NCBI GenBank assembly: GCA_002713205.1
Contig: PAVW01000013.1
Span: 30,272 to 62,271, forward strand
Source of the DNA: Nitrososphaerota archaeon
Lineage (GTDB): Archaea > Thermoproteota > Nitrososphaeria > Nitrososphaerales > UBA57
Length of the DNA stretch: 32,000 nucleotides
Direction of reading: 5' to 3'
Of the stretch, positions 15,657 to 25,760 are shown one piece after another (position 1 is the first letter of the stretch; each line of letters begins with the position of its first letter). A program made the translations under genes and the position numbers. A model generated the notes under the pieces. The model was not told the DNA's origin. It did not search any database and was given only the letters and a program-made list of their open reading frames with translations.

Positions 15657-17144
15657 TTATGCGACACCACTAGAAATCAAATTCACGTAAACTTCGGCAA
15701 TAGGATTAGAAACACCAAGGATTAACCAAGGCACAACTAAAGTCAAAACTAGAGGTATTAAATATAAAACAAGAGTTAAGGTAGAAAAATTACCCAAGTC
15801 ATGATGACGGATACGAGAAGTAGTTGGATCAGACATAACTACTCGCTTTAACATCCATAAGAAATATGCAACTGTAATAACAGGTATAGCAACTATTACA
15901 GCATAAATTGGATTCACAGCAATAGCTCCCACTATAACCATATATTCGCTAAGAAAACTACTGAAAATTGGAAGTGCCATAGCTGCCATAGAACCGAAAA
16001 CTAAGAGACTGGCAAGTCGAGGACTTGTGAATTTAAGTCCTTTAATAACAGTAATATCTCTAGTTCCTGAAACTTTATGCAAGTAACCAGATAGCATAAA
16101 CATCAATCCAACGGCTGCTGCATGTGTAAACATTTGAAAAATAGCACCAGATATTCCAAATACTGTCCCAGTAAATGCGCCAAGAATCACAAATCCCATA
16201 TGATTTACACTTGTAAGGGCAATCATTTTTTTAATGTCTGTTTGAACTAAAGCTACAAAAGCGCCATAGAACATTGTAATAACACCAATTAAAATAAAGA
16301 CCCAAGCGTACTGAGCTGAAGCTTCTGGGAGAAGTCCTATATTAAATCGTAAAAATCCATAACCGCCCATTTTTAAAAGAAGACCTGCCAAAAGAACGCT
16401 AATCGGTGCAGGAGCTTCAACATGTGCATCAGGTAACCAAGTATGAAATGGAACTATAGGTAATTTAACTCCAAATCCTATTAAGAACAATACCGAAGAA
16501 ATAATTTGCAATCCTAAAGGAATTCTTCCAGCAACATCAGTAATATTAAATGAATTAGGGGCGACTGAGAAATAAATTAAGATAAATGCAAACAGCATAA
16601 AGATACTACCGACAAATGTGAATAAGAAAAATTTTATCGCTGCATATTTTCTACGTGGCCCACCCCATATACCAATGAATAAGAACATGGGAATAAGAAC
16701 AACATCCCAGAAGACATAAAACAGAATCATATTCAACGAAGTGAAAACTCCCATTATTGCACCTTGGAAAAGTAATAGAAGCGAATAATACAGAACTTTT
16801 CTATCAGAAATTAAATCTCTTGATCCAATTACTACTAACAAAGACAACATAGAAGTAATAATTACAAGAGGTGCGCTAAGACCATCCATTGCAACATAAT
16901 AATCTATTCCAAAATGTCGAATGATAGAAATTGGCCCTTCAATAAAATTGTAACTTCCACCCGTTCCATTAACTAAAATTAATCGATATGCATAAAATGA
17001 TAATAATAATTCAATAAATGAAATTATCGCTGCATAAATTACAATATATTTTTGAGAAGTTTTAAAAATAAGTGGCATAAGTGAAGCGCCTAAAATTGGC
17101 AAAGCAATTAAAACTGAAATTATTGGGAAACTAAGCTCTATCAA
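15657..17144 (-). CDS. nuoM: Complex I subunit M (canonical)
   Basis: 'FHTWLPDAHVEAPAPISVLLAGLLLKMGGYGFLR' matches the NuoM signature. Confidence 0.88.
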   Translation of the reverse strand: MIELSFPIISVLIALPILGASLMPLIFKTSQKYIVIYAAIISFIELLLSFYAYRLILVNGTGGSYNFIEGPISIIRHFGIDYYVAMDGLSAPLVIITSMLSLLVVIGSRDLISDRKVLYYSLLLLFQGAIMGVFTSLNMILFYVFWDVVLIPMFLFIGIWGGPRRKYAAIKFFLFTFVGSIFMLFAFILIYFSVAPNSFNITDVAGRIPLGLQIISSVLFLIGFGVKLPIVPFHTWLPDAHVEAPAPISVLLAGLLLKMGGYGFLRFNIGLLPEASAQYAWVFILIGVITMFYGAFVALVQTDIKKMIALTSVNHMGFVILGAFTGTVFGISGAIFQMFTHAAAVGLMFMLSGYLHKVSGTRDITVIKGLKFTSPRLASLLVFGSMAAMALPIFSSFLSEYMVIVGAIAVNPIYAVIVAIPVITVAYFLWMLKRVVMSDPTTSRIRHHDLGNFSTLTLVLYLIPLVLTLVVPWLILGVSNPIAEVYVNLISSGVA

Positions 17145-17152
17145 AATATCAC

Positions 17153-19258
17153 CTAACCAAATAACAACAATGTTAACAATATAATTCCTAGTGCAAAGAA
17201 GAATACATATTGTTCAGTAATTCCAGTTTGAATCTTACGAACATTACGAGAAATCAATATATTAAAATTAGCAATTCGAGTTGCAGTGCCGTCAACTATG
17301 TATTTATCAAATTTCCCTCCTAAAGTTGATAAAATAATAGAAAATTTTGGCACCACTGTATTCAATTTATCAAGAATTCCAACTTCAACATGTTTATGTA
17401 TTAACTGTGAAAGTTTTAATGAGCCATTAATGAATACGATATAATAAAGTGAATTAATATACCACCTATTAACAAAGAATTTTTGCAAAGTTAATAAGCC
17501 TGGAATATTTTTTACCGTTTCAATAGGGTTTAATTTTCCATTAATATAAAATAAATAGCCAGAGCCACAACCAACTAGAACTGCAAGAATAGATGTAGAA
17601 ACAGCAATTAAATTAATAGAAAACACATGTTCGTGAATTTCCATACCAACAGCATATTCAAGATGATGTCCCAGTGAATTCGCTAAGAATCCTTCATAAA
17701 TAGGTCCAGTAAATCCAAGGGCGAGTGTAAGTATGGCAAGAATAACATATGGTGCATACATTAGAACGGGTGCTTCATGAATATGTTTGCCACTCGACTT
17801 TTCTAATTTAGAAAGGTGTCTGCTTTTTTTCCCGAAAAAGATCATTCCAATCATTCTGAAGCTATAAAACGCAGTCATGATAGCAGTAATACTTGCTAAT
17901 CCATAAAGTGCTATTAGAGTAAAGGAACTTTCTACGCCAAGAATTGAAGCTAAGATTGCATCTTTACTCCAGAATCCACTAAGAAGCGGAATGCCTGCTA
18001 ATGATGCAGCGCCAATTGTCATTGCAATAAAAGTTAAACGCATTTGTTTACGTAATCCACCCATTTCATTCAGATATTTAGTGTGTGTTTGATGAATTAT
18101 TGCGCCAGCTCCCATGAATAATGAAGCTTTAAAAATTGCATGACTGGTCAAATGAAAGAATCCTGCAACATACCCTACAATAAAGTTTGAAGTTAATCCT
18201 GCAACACCAAATGCAAGCATCATAAAACCAATTTGAGATACAGTAGAATAGGCAAGAACTTTTTTCAATTCATTTGATACCATAGCTTGGGACGCAGCTA
18301 GAAATGCAGTAATGGCTCCTATCCAAGCTACAAATTCGAAGAAGGGCATAATTAGAGAAATATTTTCAACTGCAGTAACAAAAATCGGACCAATACGAGC
18401 AATTAAGAATACTCCTGCTTTAACCATTGTAGCAGCATGAATCAAGGCAGATACAGAAGTTGGGCCGGCCATTGCATCAGGAAGCCATTCCTGTAAAGGA
18501 AACTGAGCTGATTTTCCAATTGCGCCACCAAAAATGAAAAGTGCGACGGGTATCAATAATCCTGACTTTGCTAATTCAACAGCCCAAGTATGAGATTTTG
18601 ATAATTCCATGAAATCAAATGTTCCTGAGAAATAGAACAATGTAAGAATTCCAATTAAAAATGATGCGTCGCCAACTCTAGTCATTAAGAAAGCTTTGCT
18701 ACCAGCATGTGTAGGAGAATAAGCTAACGGAATTCCCCAAGCTTTCTTTCCTACGGTTCCAACATAATCTTTTTTGTGATCTTTATTCCAGAAGCTAATT
18801 AATCCATATGAACATAATCCAACACCTTCCCAGCCAAAGAATAGTTGAAGAAAATTATCGGAAAATATAATTAATTGCATACTTCCTATGAAAAATACCA
18901 TTAGGAACCAATATCGGGTCATATTATTTTCACCTTTCATATAACCCATACTGTAAACCATAATTGAGAATGAAAGCCAACCGACAATATTTGACATTAA
19001 AATACTAAGTGGGTCAGCTAAAACTCCTGCAGTTATATCTAATGCAGAGATCCACATAACTTGATGATGAAATGTTTCACCAGCTAGTGCAATAGGTAGC
19101 ATTGATGCACAAAGAATTGCAGAAATTAATGTAATAAATATCGCATAATAATCTCTAATTTTTTCGCCAATACGTGCAACAATTGGCATTAATAAAGCGC
19201 CAAGTATTGGAATGGCAAATACTAACCATGGAATTAAATAATTAATTTCAGTTGACAT
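17153..19258 (-). CDS. nuoL: Complex I subunit L, unusually long at 701 aa
   Basis: 'QEWLPDAMAGPTSVSALIHAATMVKAGVFL' is the NuoL signature. A long C-terminal amphipathic region precedes the final TM helix ('...FFVNRWYINSLYY...FDKYIVDGTATRIANF...IQTGITEQY'). Confidence 0.88.
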   Translation of the reverse strand: MSTEINYLIPWLVFAIPILGALLMPIVARIGEKIRDYYAIFITLISAILCASMLPIALAGETFHHQVMWISALDITAGVLADPLSILMSNIVGWLSFSIMVYSMGYMKGENNMTRYWFLMVFFIGSMQLIIFSDNFLQLFFGWEGVGLCSYGLISFWNKDHKKDYVGTVGKKAWGIPLAYSPTHAGSKAFLMTRVGDASFLIGILTLFYFSGTFDFMELSKSHTWAVELAKSGLLIPVALFIFGGAIGKSAQFPLQEWLPDAMAGPTSVSALIHAATMVKAGVFLIARIGPIFVTAVENISLIMPFFEFVAWIGAITAFLAASQAMVSNELKKVLAYSTVSQIGFMMLAFGVAGLTSNFIVGYVAGFFHLTSHAIFKASLFMGAGAIIHQTHTKYLNEMGGLRKQMRLTFIAMTIGAASLAGIPLLSGFWSKDAILASILGVESSFTLIALYGLASITAIMTAFYSFRMIGMIFFGKKSRHLSKLEKSSGKHIHEAPVLMYAPYVILAILTLALGFTGPIYEGFLANSLGHHLEYAVGMEIHEHVFSINLIAVSTSILAVLVGCGSGYLFYINGKLNPIETVKNIPGLLTLQKFFVNRWYINSLYYIVFINGSLKLSQLIHKHVEVGILDKLNTVVPKFSIILSTLGGKFDKYIVDGTATRIANFNILISRNVRKIQTGITEQYVFFFALGIILLTLLLFG

Positions 19259-20763
19259 TATCCTATACCTCCAAATACATTTTGAAGTAACGGGACTAAA
19301 TTATCAGTAATAACAGATGGATAGATACCAATTATGAGAGTTAAGGCAGAAAGAAAGAGCAATGGAATGGTTATATGAAATGATGGATCTTTTATATTTT
19401 TAAATTCTGATGGTAGTTCGCCAAAGAAAACTTTACGTATAGTAAGTAGAGCATATCCAGCAGTAATTGGCGTACCAGCTAGAGCAATGGCTGTAAGAAT
19501 AAGTTTACCAGTAGAACCAGTCTCAAGTGCGCCAGCAAATGAACCTGCAAAAATCATCCACTCAGATTGAAATCCACTTGTAGGTGGAACTCCAACTATT
19601 GCAAGAAAACCTATCATTGCTGCAATACCTGTTATTGGAAGTTTGCTACCAAGTCCTCCGAGTTTTTTTATGCTTCTTACACCACCAGTTTGCATTATGA
19701 TAGAACCAGCAGCCATGAACAGAAGAGCTTTTCCTGTTCCATGACTAACATAATGAAACACAGAACCAGTTACACCCAAGTAATAGAGCGAACCCATTCC
19801 AAAGATGATATAACCCATTTGACTTACACTGGAATAAGCCAATAATCTTTTCAGATCGTCTTGAGCATATGCCATTAAGCCACCATAAATCATTGTCAAT
19901 AATCCCCACAAACTAATTGCAAATACAATAGTTGGATAAATTGAAGGGAGTATAAACAGAAATATTCGTAGAAATGCATATGCACCAATACCAATCATAG
20001 CTGGTGAAAGTAAAGCACTTATTGGAGTTGGTGATTCTGCATGTGCGTATGGTAACCAAACATGAAGTCCTGCAGCAGCTAATTTAGTCAATAATCCAAC
20101 ACTAATTGCAATGCCAACCCAAACGCGTAGTGAAGAAGGCAATCCACTTTCATTTAAATCAAAAAAGTTGAAACTTCCTCCAAAGAATCCAATTGTTAAA
20201 ATTCCTCCAAGAAGAAAAATTGCTCCGACATGAGTCCATAAGAAATACATTAATGAAATTTTTTGGCGTTCTCCATAACCAAATTCTGCTATTAAAAAGA
20301 ATGAAGGAATAAGCATTAGTTCAAAGAATATATAAAATTGGATTAAATTTGTGGCAAGTACAGTTCCAAGCATTCCTGCAGCATAAACAAGATACAAAGC
20401 ATAATATAATGAAATTTTTCGATTGATGGTATCACTAATTGCCTTTTTAGAATGAAGATCTTCTTTGATTCTATGGGCCATGTAAGGAATAGAATACATT
20501 GCAATAACGGTAGAAAGAATATAGATAAGTGCTGCAAATGGAAAACTTAATCCGTCAAGAAATAATCCAAATTCGCCAATAGGTTCCCAATTATAGCTTT
20601 CTAAGTGTTCTGGGGATGAAAATCCTGAATAAAGTAACAAAGACGTGCAATAAAAAAGAATTAGAAATACTAACCATCCTACATTCTTGCCAATTCTTAA
20701 TCCAATAAAATAAATCAGAGGGGCTAAAATTATTGGTAAAAACACGGCTTGTAAAAGTAGCAT
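19258..20763 (-). CDS. Additional NuoM/MrpD-like antiporter subunit of complex I
   Basis: 501 aa with about 14 predicted TM helices. 'HVWLPYAHAESPTPISALLSPAMIGIGAYAFLR' is closest to the NuoM/MrpD pattern. The gene sits between nuoK and nuoL, and its stop overlaps the nuoL start by 1 nt (TAATG). Confidence 0.8.
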   Translation of the reverse strand: MLLLQAVFLPIILAPLIYFIGLRIGKNVGWLVFLILFYCTSLLLYSGFSSPEHLESYNWEPIGEFGLFLDGLSFPFAALIYILSTVIAMYSIPYMAHRIKEDLHSKKAISDTINRKISLYYALYLVYAAGMLGTVLATNLIQFYIFFELMLIPSFFLIAEFGYGERQKISLMYFLWTHVGAIFLLGGILTIGFFGGSFNFFDLNESGLPSSLRVWVGIAISVGLLTKLAAAGLHVWLPYAHAESPTPISALLSPAMIGIGAYAFLRIFLFILPSIYPTIVFAISLWGLLTMIYGGLMAYAQDDLKRLLAYSSVSQMGYIIFGMGSLYYLGVTGSVFHYVSHGTGKALLFMAAGSIIMQTGGVRSIKKLGGLGSKLPITGIAAMIGFLAIVGVPPTSGFQSEWMIFAGSFAGALETGSTGKLILTAIALAGTPITAGYALLTIRKVFFGELPSEFKNIKDPSFHITIPLLFLSALTLIIGIYPSVITDNLVPLLQNVFGGIG

Positions 20764-20766
20764 AAA

Positions 20767-21075
20767 TTATCCCCTTAACTTTTTGAGTTCCAAAACGTCA
20801 ATATCGTTGTTCAGTCTAAATGCTTGTACAATTATTGCCAATCCTACTGCAGCTTCTGCTGCTGCTAATGCTATAGCAAAGATAGCAAATGTTTGGCCAG
20901 TAACAATAGGAGTTTCAGAATATCTTGCAAAAGCAACGAAATTAATTATTGCAGCATTAATAATTATTTCAACTGAAAAAAGAAGTCGAATCGCATTACG
21001 TTTAGCAATTAGTCCATATATCCCCACGGATAATAAGGCCAACGATAAAATAAAGTAATTAAAAAGCGGTTCCAT
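20767..21075 (-). CDS. nuoK: Complex I subunit K
   Basis: 102 aa, 3 TM helices, 'AIALAAAEAAVGLAIIV' conserved-Glu region, and the expected operon position. Confidence 0.85.
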   Translation of the reverse strand: MEPLFNYFILSLALLSVGIYGLIAKRNAIRLLFSVEIIINAAIINFVAFARYSETPIVTGQTFAIFAIALAAAEAAVGLAIIVQAFRLNNDIDVLELKKLRG

Positions 21076-21076
21076 A

Positions 21077-21580
21077 TCAATTCTTCCTCTCTATCTTCGC
21101 CATAGTTAATGCACCAATAACTGAGACTGCAAGAACTAGACCAGTGACCTCGAGGATTAACCAATAATCGTTAATCATTTGGATTCCAATATCATAAAAA
21201 TCTGGAATGGATGAATTTGGTGTAATTATATTAGATAGACCTGAATTATATGAGACGTATCCAATAACAAGAAAGAATGTAAGTGCGGTAACAATTCCAA
21301 CAATTCGTTCATTACCAGATTTAATTGTTGACCATTTCTCTCTTCGGACAAGCATTATAACAAATATAATTAGTACTGAAATTGAACCAATATAAACAAG
21401 AATCTGGAACATAGCTAAATATAACGCGTCTAGAAGAATGAATATTGCAGCAACACCAAGAAAAGAAAGAGCTAGAGCTACCGCACCATATACTAGTTCC
21501 CGAGATTCTAATGATAGAATTGCAGCAATTAACGTAACAAGAGATATTACCAAAAAAACCAAATCAGTCGTGATGAGCAC
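21077..21580 (-). CDS. nuoJ: Complex I subunit J
   Basis: 167 aa, 5 TM helices, 'LAMFQILVYIGSISVLIIFVIML' typical of NuoJ. A GTG start overlaps nuoI, and an alternative downstream TTG is possible. Confidence 0.8.
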   Translation of the reverse strand: MLITTDLVFLVISLVTLIAAILSLESRELVYGAVALALSFLGVAAIFILLDALYLAMFQILVYIGSISVLIIFVIMLVRREKWSTIKSGNERIVGIVTALTFFLVIGYVSYNSGLSNIITPNSSIPDFYDIGIQMINDYWLILEVTGLVLAVSVIGALTMAKIERKN

Positions 21581-22064
21581 CTCGTTTACCAGGTACTAAT
21601 TTAACAGTGCCTTTCTTTTCTGGAAATACTGCAAGTTGAAAAGGCGTATGGACAAGTTTTCTTTTGTCAGTGACAGAGAGTTCATATTCTGGAGTCATAA
21701 ACAAACAATCAAATGGGCATGCATCAACACAAAAACCACAAAAAACACATCTGCCATAATCAATTTGAGGCATAATACTTCTTTCATTAATTGGCCAGTT
21801 ACCCTCTACACGGACCATATCAATGCAATCAGCAATATTTTCACAGGCAATGGCACATAAGGAACAACCTGTACATTTGTCTGTATAAAGAATATGCCTA
21901 CCCTTAAAACCAGGACTTCCAGTATCGGTTTTGTAATCAAAAGTATAACCTGAATCTATCTCCAGTTTTTCTTCAGGATAACGTAATGTCATTCGTTTTT
22001 TAAATATATTACGAATGCCTACAGCAAATGCAATAAAAATTGCTTTAATAACGGTATAAATCAT
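21564..22064 (-). CDS. nuoI: Complex I subunit I (2x[4Fe-4S] ferredoxin-type)
   Basis: Two cluster motifs, 'CTGCSLCAIAC...C' and 'CVFCGFCVDACP'. The ATG at 22064 overlaps the nuoH stop (TGATG). The ORF track starts one codon earlier, at a TTG. Confidence 0.9.
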   Translation of the reverse strand: MIYTVIKAIFIAFAVGIRNIFKKRMTLRYPEEKLEIDSGYTFDYKTDTGSPGFKGRHILYTDKCTGCSLCAIACENIADCIDMVRVEGNWPINERSIMPQIDYGRCVFCGFCVDACPFDCLFMTPEYELSVTDKRKLVHTPFQLAVFPEKKGTVKLVPGKRGAHHD

Positions 22065-23233
22065 CAAATCACTCCTAATGATACTTCAATTACGGCAATA
22101 AATAAATTTATGAAAGAGAGTACAATTAACCAGACCCAGCCAAGACGTATCAATTGATCAATTCGAAGTCTTGGCATTACTGCTCGTGGAAGAATTACAA
22201 TAGTAATAACAAAAAATAGCTTAATGAGCAACCAAGCTAATGGTGGAAGAAAAGCAGGTCCATACCATCCTCCAAGAAACAATAAAGTAAACAATAATGA
22301 AAGAGCATAGAACTTAATATACACACCAAGTTGTAATAAACCAAAGTGCATTCCGGTATATTCTGTCAACCAACCCGAAACTAATTCTGTTTCAGCTTCT
22401 GGAATATCAAAAGGTACTCGTTCAAGTTCGGAAAGAATTGTTATATAGAATATAATTGCTCCAAGTAACTGAGGGAATATAAACCAGACTTGTTGTTGGG
22501 ATTCAACAATACTAATTAGGTCTAATGATCCACTTAGAATAACTACTCCTAATACTGAGATTAACATTGGTATTTCATAAGCAACAAGTTGGTGTAAAGC
22601 TCTTAATCCACCAATAAAAGCAAATTTATTACTACTAGCCCATGCAGCAATCAACACTATCAATGGACTAAATCCAATTATTGCAAAAGGAATTAATAAA
22701 CTAACATCTGAACGTGCAATGTAAATATTTGGAGACAATGGCAATACTGCTAATAGAGCCGCACCGAGTCCAATAGACAAAATAGGTGCTGACCAAAAGA
22801 AGAATTTATCTGCTTTTTCTGGTACAACAATTTCTTTACCTAGTAATTTAAAGAGATCGGCAATTGGCTGAAGCACTCCTTCAAATCTTCCTGCGTATAG
22901 AGGACCAACTCTTAATTGTACTTTAGCAATCAATTTTCTTTCATATAAAATGGTTATAGTAGCAATTAATGCAGCAAATGTAAATCCAGGAAAAGCAGCA
23001 ATTTTAAAGAATGTGGAAGAGGGGCCAACCCCATATTTATTTGCAAGTTGAATGCCCTTTATTGGATCAATTAATGCAGTAAGGAATTCATTGGTTGTTG
23101 GAACTGATATTCCAAGTAGTGGGATAAGAAGAAAGAATACAGGAAATATAATTACTGGAGATAGTAACAGTAACCAGAATAGAATTGAAAGTATACGTTT
23201 TAAAAAATCTTCAAATGTTTCCATAATTCTCAC
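22064..23233 (-). CDS. nuoH: Complex I subunit H
   Basis: 'AAWASSNKFAFIGGLRA' and 'DIPEAETELVSGWLTEYTG' are NuoH/ND1 signatures. The GTG at 23233 overlaps the nuoD stop, with an alternative ATG at 23224. Confidence 0.9.
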   Translation of the reverse strand: MRIMETFEDFLKRILSILFWLLLLSPVIIFPVFFLLIPLLGISVPTTNEFLTALIDPIKGIQLANKYGVGPSSTFFKIAAFPGFTFAALIATITILYERKLIAKVQLRVGPLYAGRFEGVLQPIADLFKLLGKEIVVPEKADKFFFWSAPILSIGLGAALLAVLPLSPNIYIARSDVSLLIPFAIIGFSPLIVLIAAWASSNKFAFIGGLRALHQLVAYEIPMLISVLGVVILSGSLDLISIVESQQQVWFIFPQLLGAIIFYITILSELERVPFDIPEAETELVSGWLTEYTGMHFGLLQLGVYIKFYALSLLFTLLFLGGWYGPAFLPPLAWLLIKLFFVITIVILPRAVMPRLRIDQLIRLGWVWLIVLSFINLFIAVIEVSLGVI

Positions 23234-24336
23234 TTATCTGCTTCTACAGGCCAATAGTCTAGACTCCAATAAATAGCAGGCATATCAGCTAATCTGCTAC
23301 CTACAAGCAAGTGAGACATTCCAATTAGATTTCTAAAAGAAGGAACACTAATTTTTACGCGGTAAGGAAATCTTTCACCATTACTAACAATATGATAAAA
23401 CATTGTTCCACGAGCAGCTTCAGTTCGTACAAATGCTTCACCAGGTTCTCCTCGCATAACTCCACGAATAACGTGTTTTATAGGACCGGGTTTCATACGA
23501 TCCAAAACTTGCCGAATTATATCCATACTTTGTTGTAATTCTCTTAAACGAACCATACATCTGGCATATGAATCACCTTCTTTGTATACAGGAATATCGA
23601 AACGAATTTTATTATAAAAACAATAGGGTTCATCTTTACGTGTATCTGAATTTATTCCAGATGCTCGAAGATTTGGTCCTGTAATACCCAATTTTACAGC
23701 ATTTTGTTTTTTCAGAATTCCAATTCCAACAGTACGACTCTGCATTAAAGGATTATTGAAGAAGATTTCTTCATATTCTTTAATTCGTTTTTCAAAATAT
23801 TGAAAGGTCTTGAGAGCACGTTCTTTAAAACCTCCTGGGATATCATTTCTCACTCCGCCTGGAACCACATATGAAAAGGTAACTCGAGTTCCACCAATAG
23901 ATTCAGCCAAGTCAATAAATAACTCTCGATCGCCCATTGGCCACATAAACATAGTTGAATGTCCAAGAAAAATCCCATATATTGCCAACCAATACAAATG
24001 AGAAATTATTCGATTTAATTCTGCCATTATCATTCTGATATATTGAGCTCTTTCTGGTGGTTCTACATCCAGTATTTTTTCTGCAGTTAACACATATGGT
24101 AATGTTATTCCTGTAGCATCGATTATAACAGGTCTTTCTAAATGAGGGATGTTTTGAATATAGGTTCTATATTCAGCCATTTTCTCTGCACCACGGTGAA
24201 CGTAACCAGGATCAGGTTTAGCATCTATTATGTAATCACCATCAAGTGTAATAACAATACGAAAATGTCCGGAACCTGGATGTTGCGGTCCCACATGAAG
24301 AACCATTTTGTCTCCGCCTTGATCAACGACTTGCAT
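23230..24336 (-). CDS. nuoD: Complex I subunit D
   Basis: 'GPQHPGSGHFRIV', 'YVHRGAEKMAE' and a C-terminus 'SLDYWPVEADK' are typical of NuoD and the [NiFe]-hydrogenase large-subunit fold. Confidence 0.9.
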   Translation of the reverse strand: MQVVDQGGDKMVLHVGPQHPGSGHFRIVITLDGDYIIDAKPDPGYVHRGAEKMAEYRTYIQNIPHLERPVIIDATGITLPYVLTAEKILDVEPPERAQYIRMIMAELNRIISHLYWLAIYGIFLGHSTMFMWPMGDRELFIDLAESIGGTRVTFSYVVPGGVRNDIPGGFKERALKTFQYFEKRIKEYEEIFFNNPLMQSRTVGIGILKKQNAVKLGITGPNLRASGINSDTRKDEPYCFYNKIRFDIPVYKEGDSYARCMVRLRELQQSMDIIRQVLDRMKPGPIKHVIRGVMRGEPGEAFVRTEAARGTMFYHIVSNGERFPYRVKISVPSFRNLIGMSHLLVGSRLADMPAIYWSLDYWPVEADK

Positions 24337-24337
24337 A

Positions 24338-24817
24338 TTAGTCCCTGCCTGGAAGTGAAAAATCCTTTCTTAGAGGAGGTATATCATCCCAATCTTCAGG
24401 AAGAAGTAATCTTTCCATACGGGGATGATTGAGAAATGTAATTCCAAAATTTTCAAATGTTTCCTGTTCATGAAATTCTACACTGGGCCAAATATCAAGT
24501 AAAGTTTCAATCTCCGGTTTGTTCTTAGGAATAGTTGTCATTATAGCAAACATAATACGTCGAAATTTTTTGATTGAAACACATATAGCATGATATTCAA
24601 CTCGGAATAAATTATCGTCAGGATAATCTGTTGCACCTTGGGAAATTATTTGATCAAACCCAAGTTCCTTAATTGCAAGTGCAACTGCTTTGAGATTAGT
24701 TGGAGAAGTTGAAATTTTTATTCTATTAGGTTCTACATACTCTTCAGTTATTTGTTTATTAAATTTGGTTTTTAGACCTTTAACTAATTTAGTTTCGGTA
24801 ATTGTATTTTTGGACAT
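24338..24817 (-). CDS. nuoC: Complex I subunit C
   Basis: 'WPSVEFHEQETFENFGITFLNHP...LLLPEDW' is the NuoC (30 kDa subunit) signature. Confidence 0.88.
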   Translation of the reverse strand: MSKNTITETKLVKGLKTKFNKQITEEYVEPNRIKISTSPTNLKAVALAIKELGFDQIISQGATDYPDDNLFRVEYHAICVSIKKFRRIMFAIMTTIPKNKPEIETLLDIWPSVEFHEQETFENFGITFLNHPRMERLLLPEDWDDIPPLRKDFSLPGRD

Positions 24818-24829
24818 GTTTTAAATTTA

Positions 24830-25342
24830 TTACACCTTAGATTTTCTTATTTTGTTTTGTAATTCAATTATTCCTTGAATTAGTGTTTCTGGTCTAGGAG
24901 GACAACCAGGAATGTAAACATCAACAGGAACTATTTTATCAACTCCTTGTAATACATTATATGAATCAACATACAAACCGCCAGAAATAGCACATGCCCC
25001 CATTGCAATAACCCATTTAGGTTCTGGCATTTGTTCATATACCCATTTCATTCTAGGTGCCATTTTTCTAGTAACGGTACCTTGAACTACTAAAATATCA
25101 CATTGTCTTAAGGATCCAAAAGCTTCTAACATACCAAATCTTTCAAGATCATGGCGTGGACCTGAAGCAGCTCCAAACTCAATACTACAGCAAGCAGTTT
25201 CTAGATGTACTGGCCATAATGAATAGAGTCTACCCCAATTAATTAAATAACGAATAGGTTCTCTAACGTTTTTTTCTATAACATTGGCAAATAAATCACT
25301 AGCTTTTCCAACCAGTAAATTTAGTGTAGGATCAGTTACCAA
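24830..25342 (-). CDS. nuoB: Complex I subunit B
   Basis: 'LETACCSIEF', 'GACAISGG' and 'IPGCPPRPE' are the N2 cluster ligand motifs. I placed the start at TTG 25342, overlapping the nuoA TGGTAA. The ORF-track N-terminal extension to 25459 lies inside nuoA. Confidence 0.85.
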   Translation of the reverse strand: MVTDPTLNLLVGKASDLFANVIEKNVREPIRYLINWGRLYSLWPVHLETACCSIEFGAASGPRHDLERFGMLEAFGSLRQCDILVVQGTVTRKMAPRMKWVYEQMPEPKWVIAMGACAISGGLYVDSYNVLQGVDKIVPVDVYIPGCPPRPETLIQGIIELQNKIRKSKV

Positions 25343-25698
25343 TTTTCTCGTTTTCCTGCTAATGTAAGTGCATATGCCATAGGTATAAGAACAATTGCTA
25401 AGAATGGTAACAAGACTTGTAAACTCTGAATTCCTAATTGGGAAAATGATACGCCCCAAGCGAACAAGAACATGATTGTAACATCAAAAACTACGAACAT
25501 AATCAAATAAGAATAATACTGCATGATTAAATGGATACGTGATTCACCGGTTGGGGGCTGGCCAGACTCAAAAGTCTGTAGTTTAATAGGATTCCTTTTT
25601 TTTGGTGCAAATAAAGTAGGTAAAAGCAACATAGGAAGCGAGGCCAGAACGCCAAATAATCCCAAGATTATAATAAAGGCGAATTCGCTTGTAATCAT
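25336..25698 (-). CDS. nuoA: Complex I subunit A
   Basis: 120 aa, 3 TM helices, 'FESGQPP...YYSYLIMFVVFDV' (the NuoA YECG/FDVE-type region), first gene of the operon. Confidence 0.85.
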   Translation of the reverse strand: MITSEFAFIIILGLFGVLASLPMLLLPTLFAPKKRNPIKLQTFESGQPPTGESRIHLIMQYYSYLIMFVVFDVTIMFLFAWGVSFSQLGIQSLQVLLPFLAIVLIPMAYALTLAGKRENW

Positions 25699-25731
25699 TT
25701 TGAATACAATTGATAAATCGGTAAATTTGTT

Positions 25732-25739
25732 TATTTAAA
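25732..25739 (-). promoter_or_regulatory. Probable TATA box of the nuo operon (TTTAAATA on the minus strand)
   Basis: An exact archaeal TATA-consensus-like octamer lies 33 nt upstream of the nuoA ATG at 25698. That implies a short leader. Confidence 0.4.
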
Positions 25740-25760
25740 GATTAAGTAAAAATTTAATGT

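Noticed and set aside
25343-25459. The N-terminal 39 codons of the track's nuoB ORF ('MGRIIFPIRNSEFTSLVTILSNCSYTYGICTYISRKTRK').
   Set aside because: This stretch lies entirely within nuoA in another frame and has no similarity to NuoB N-termini. A TTG at 25342 overlapping the nuoA stop gives a normal-length NuoB.
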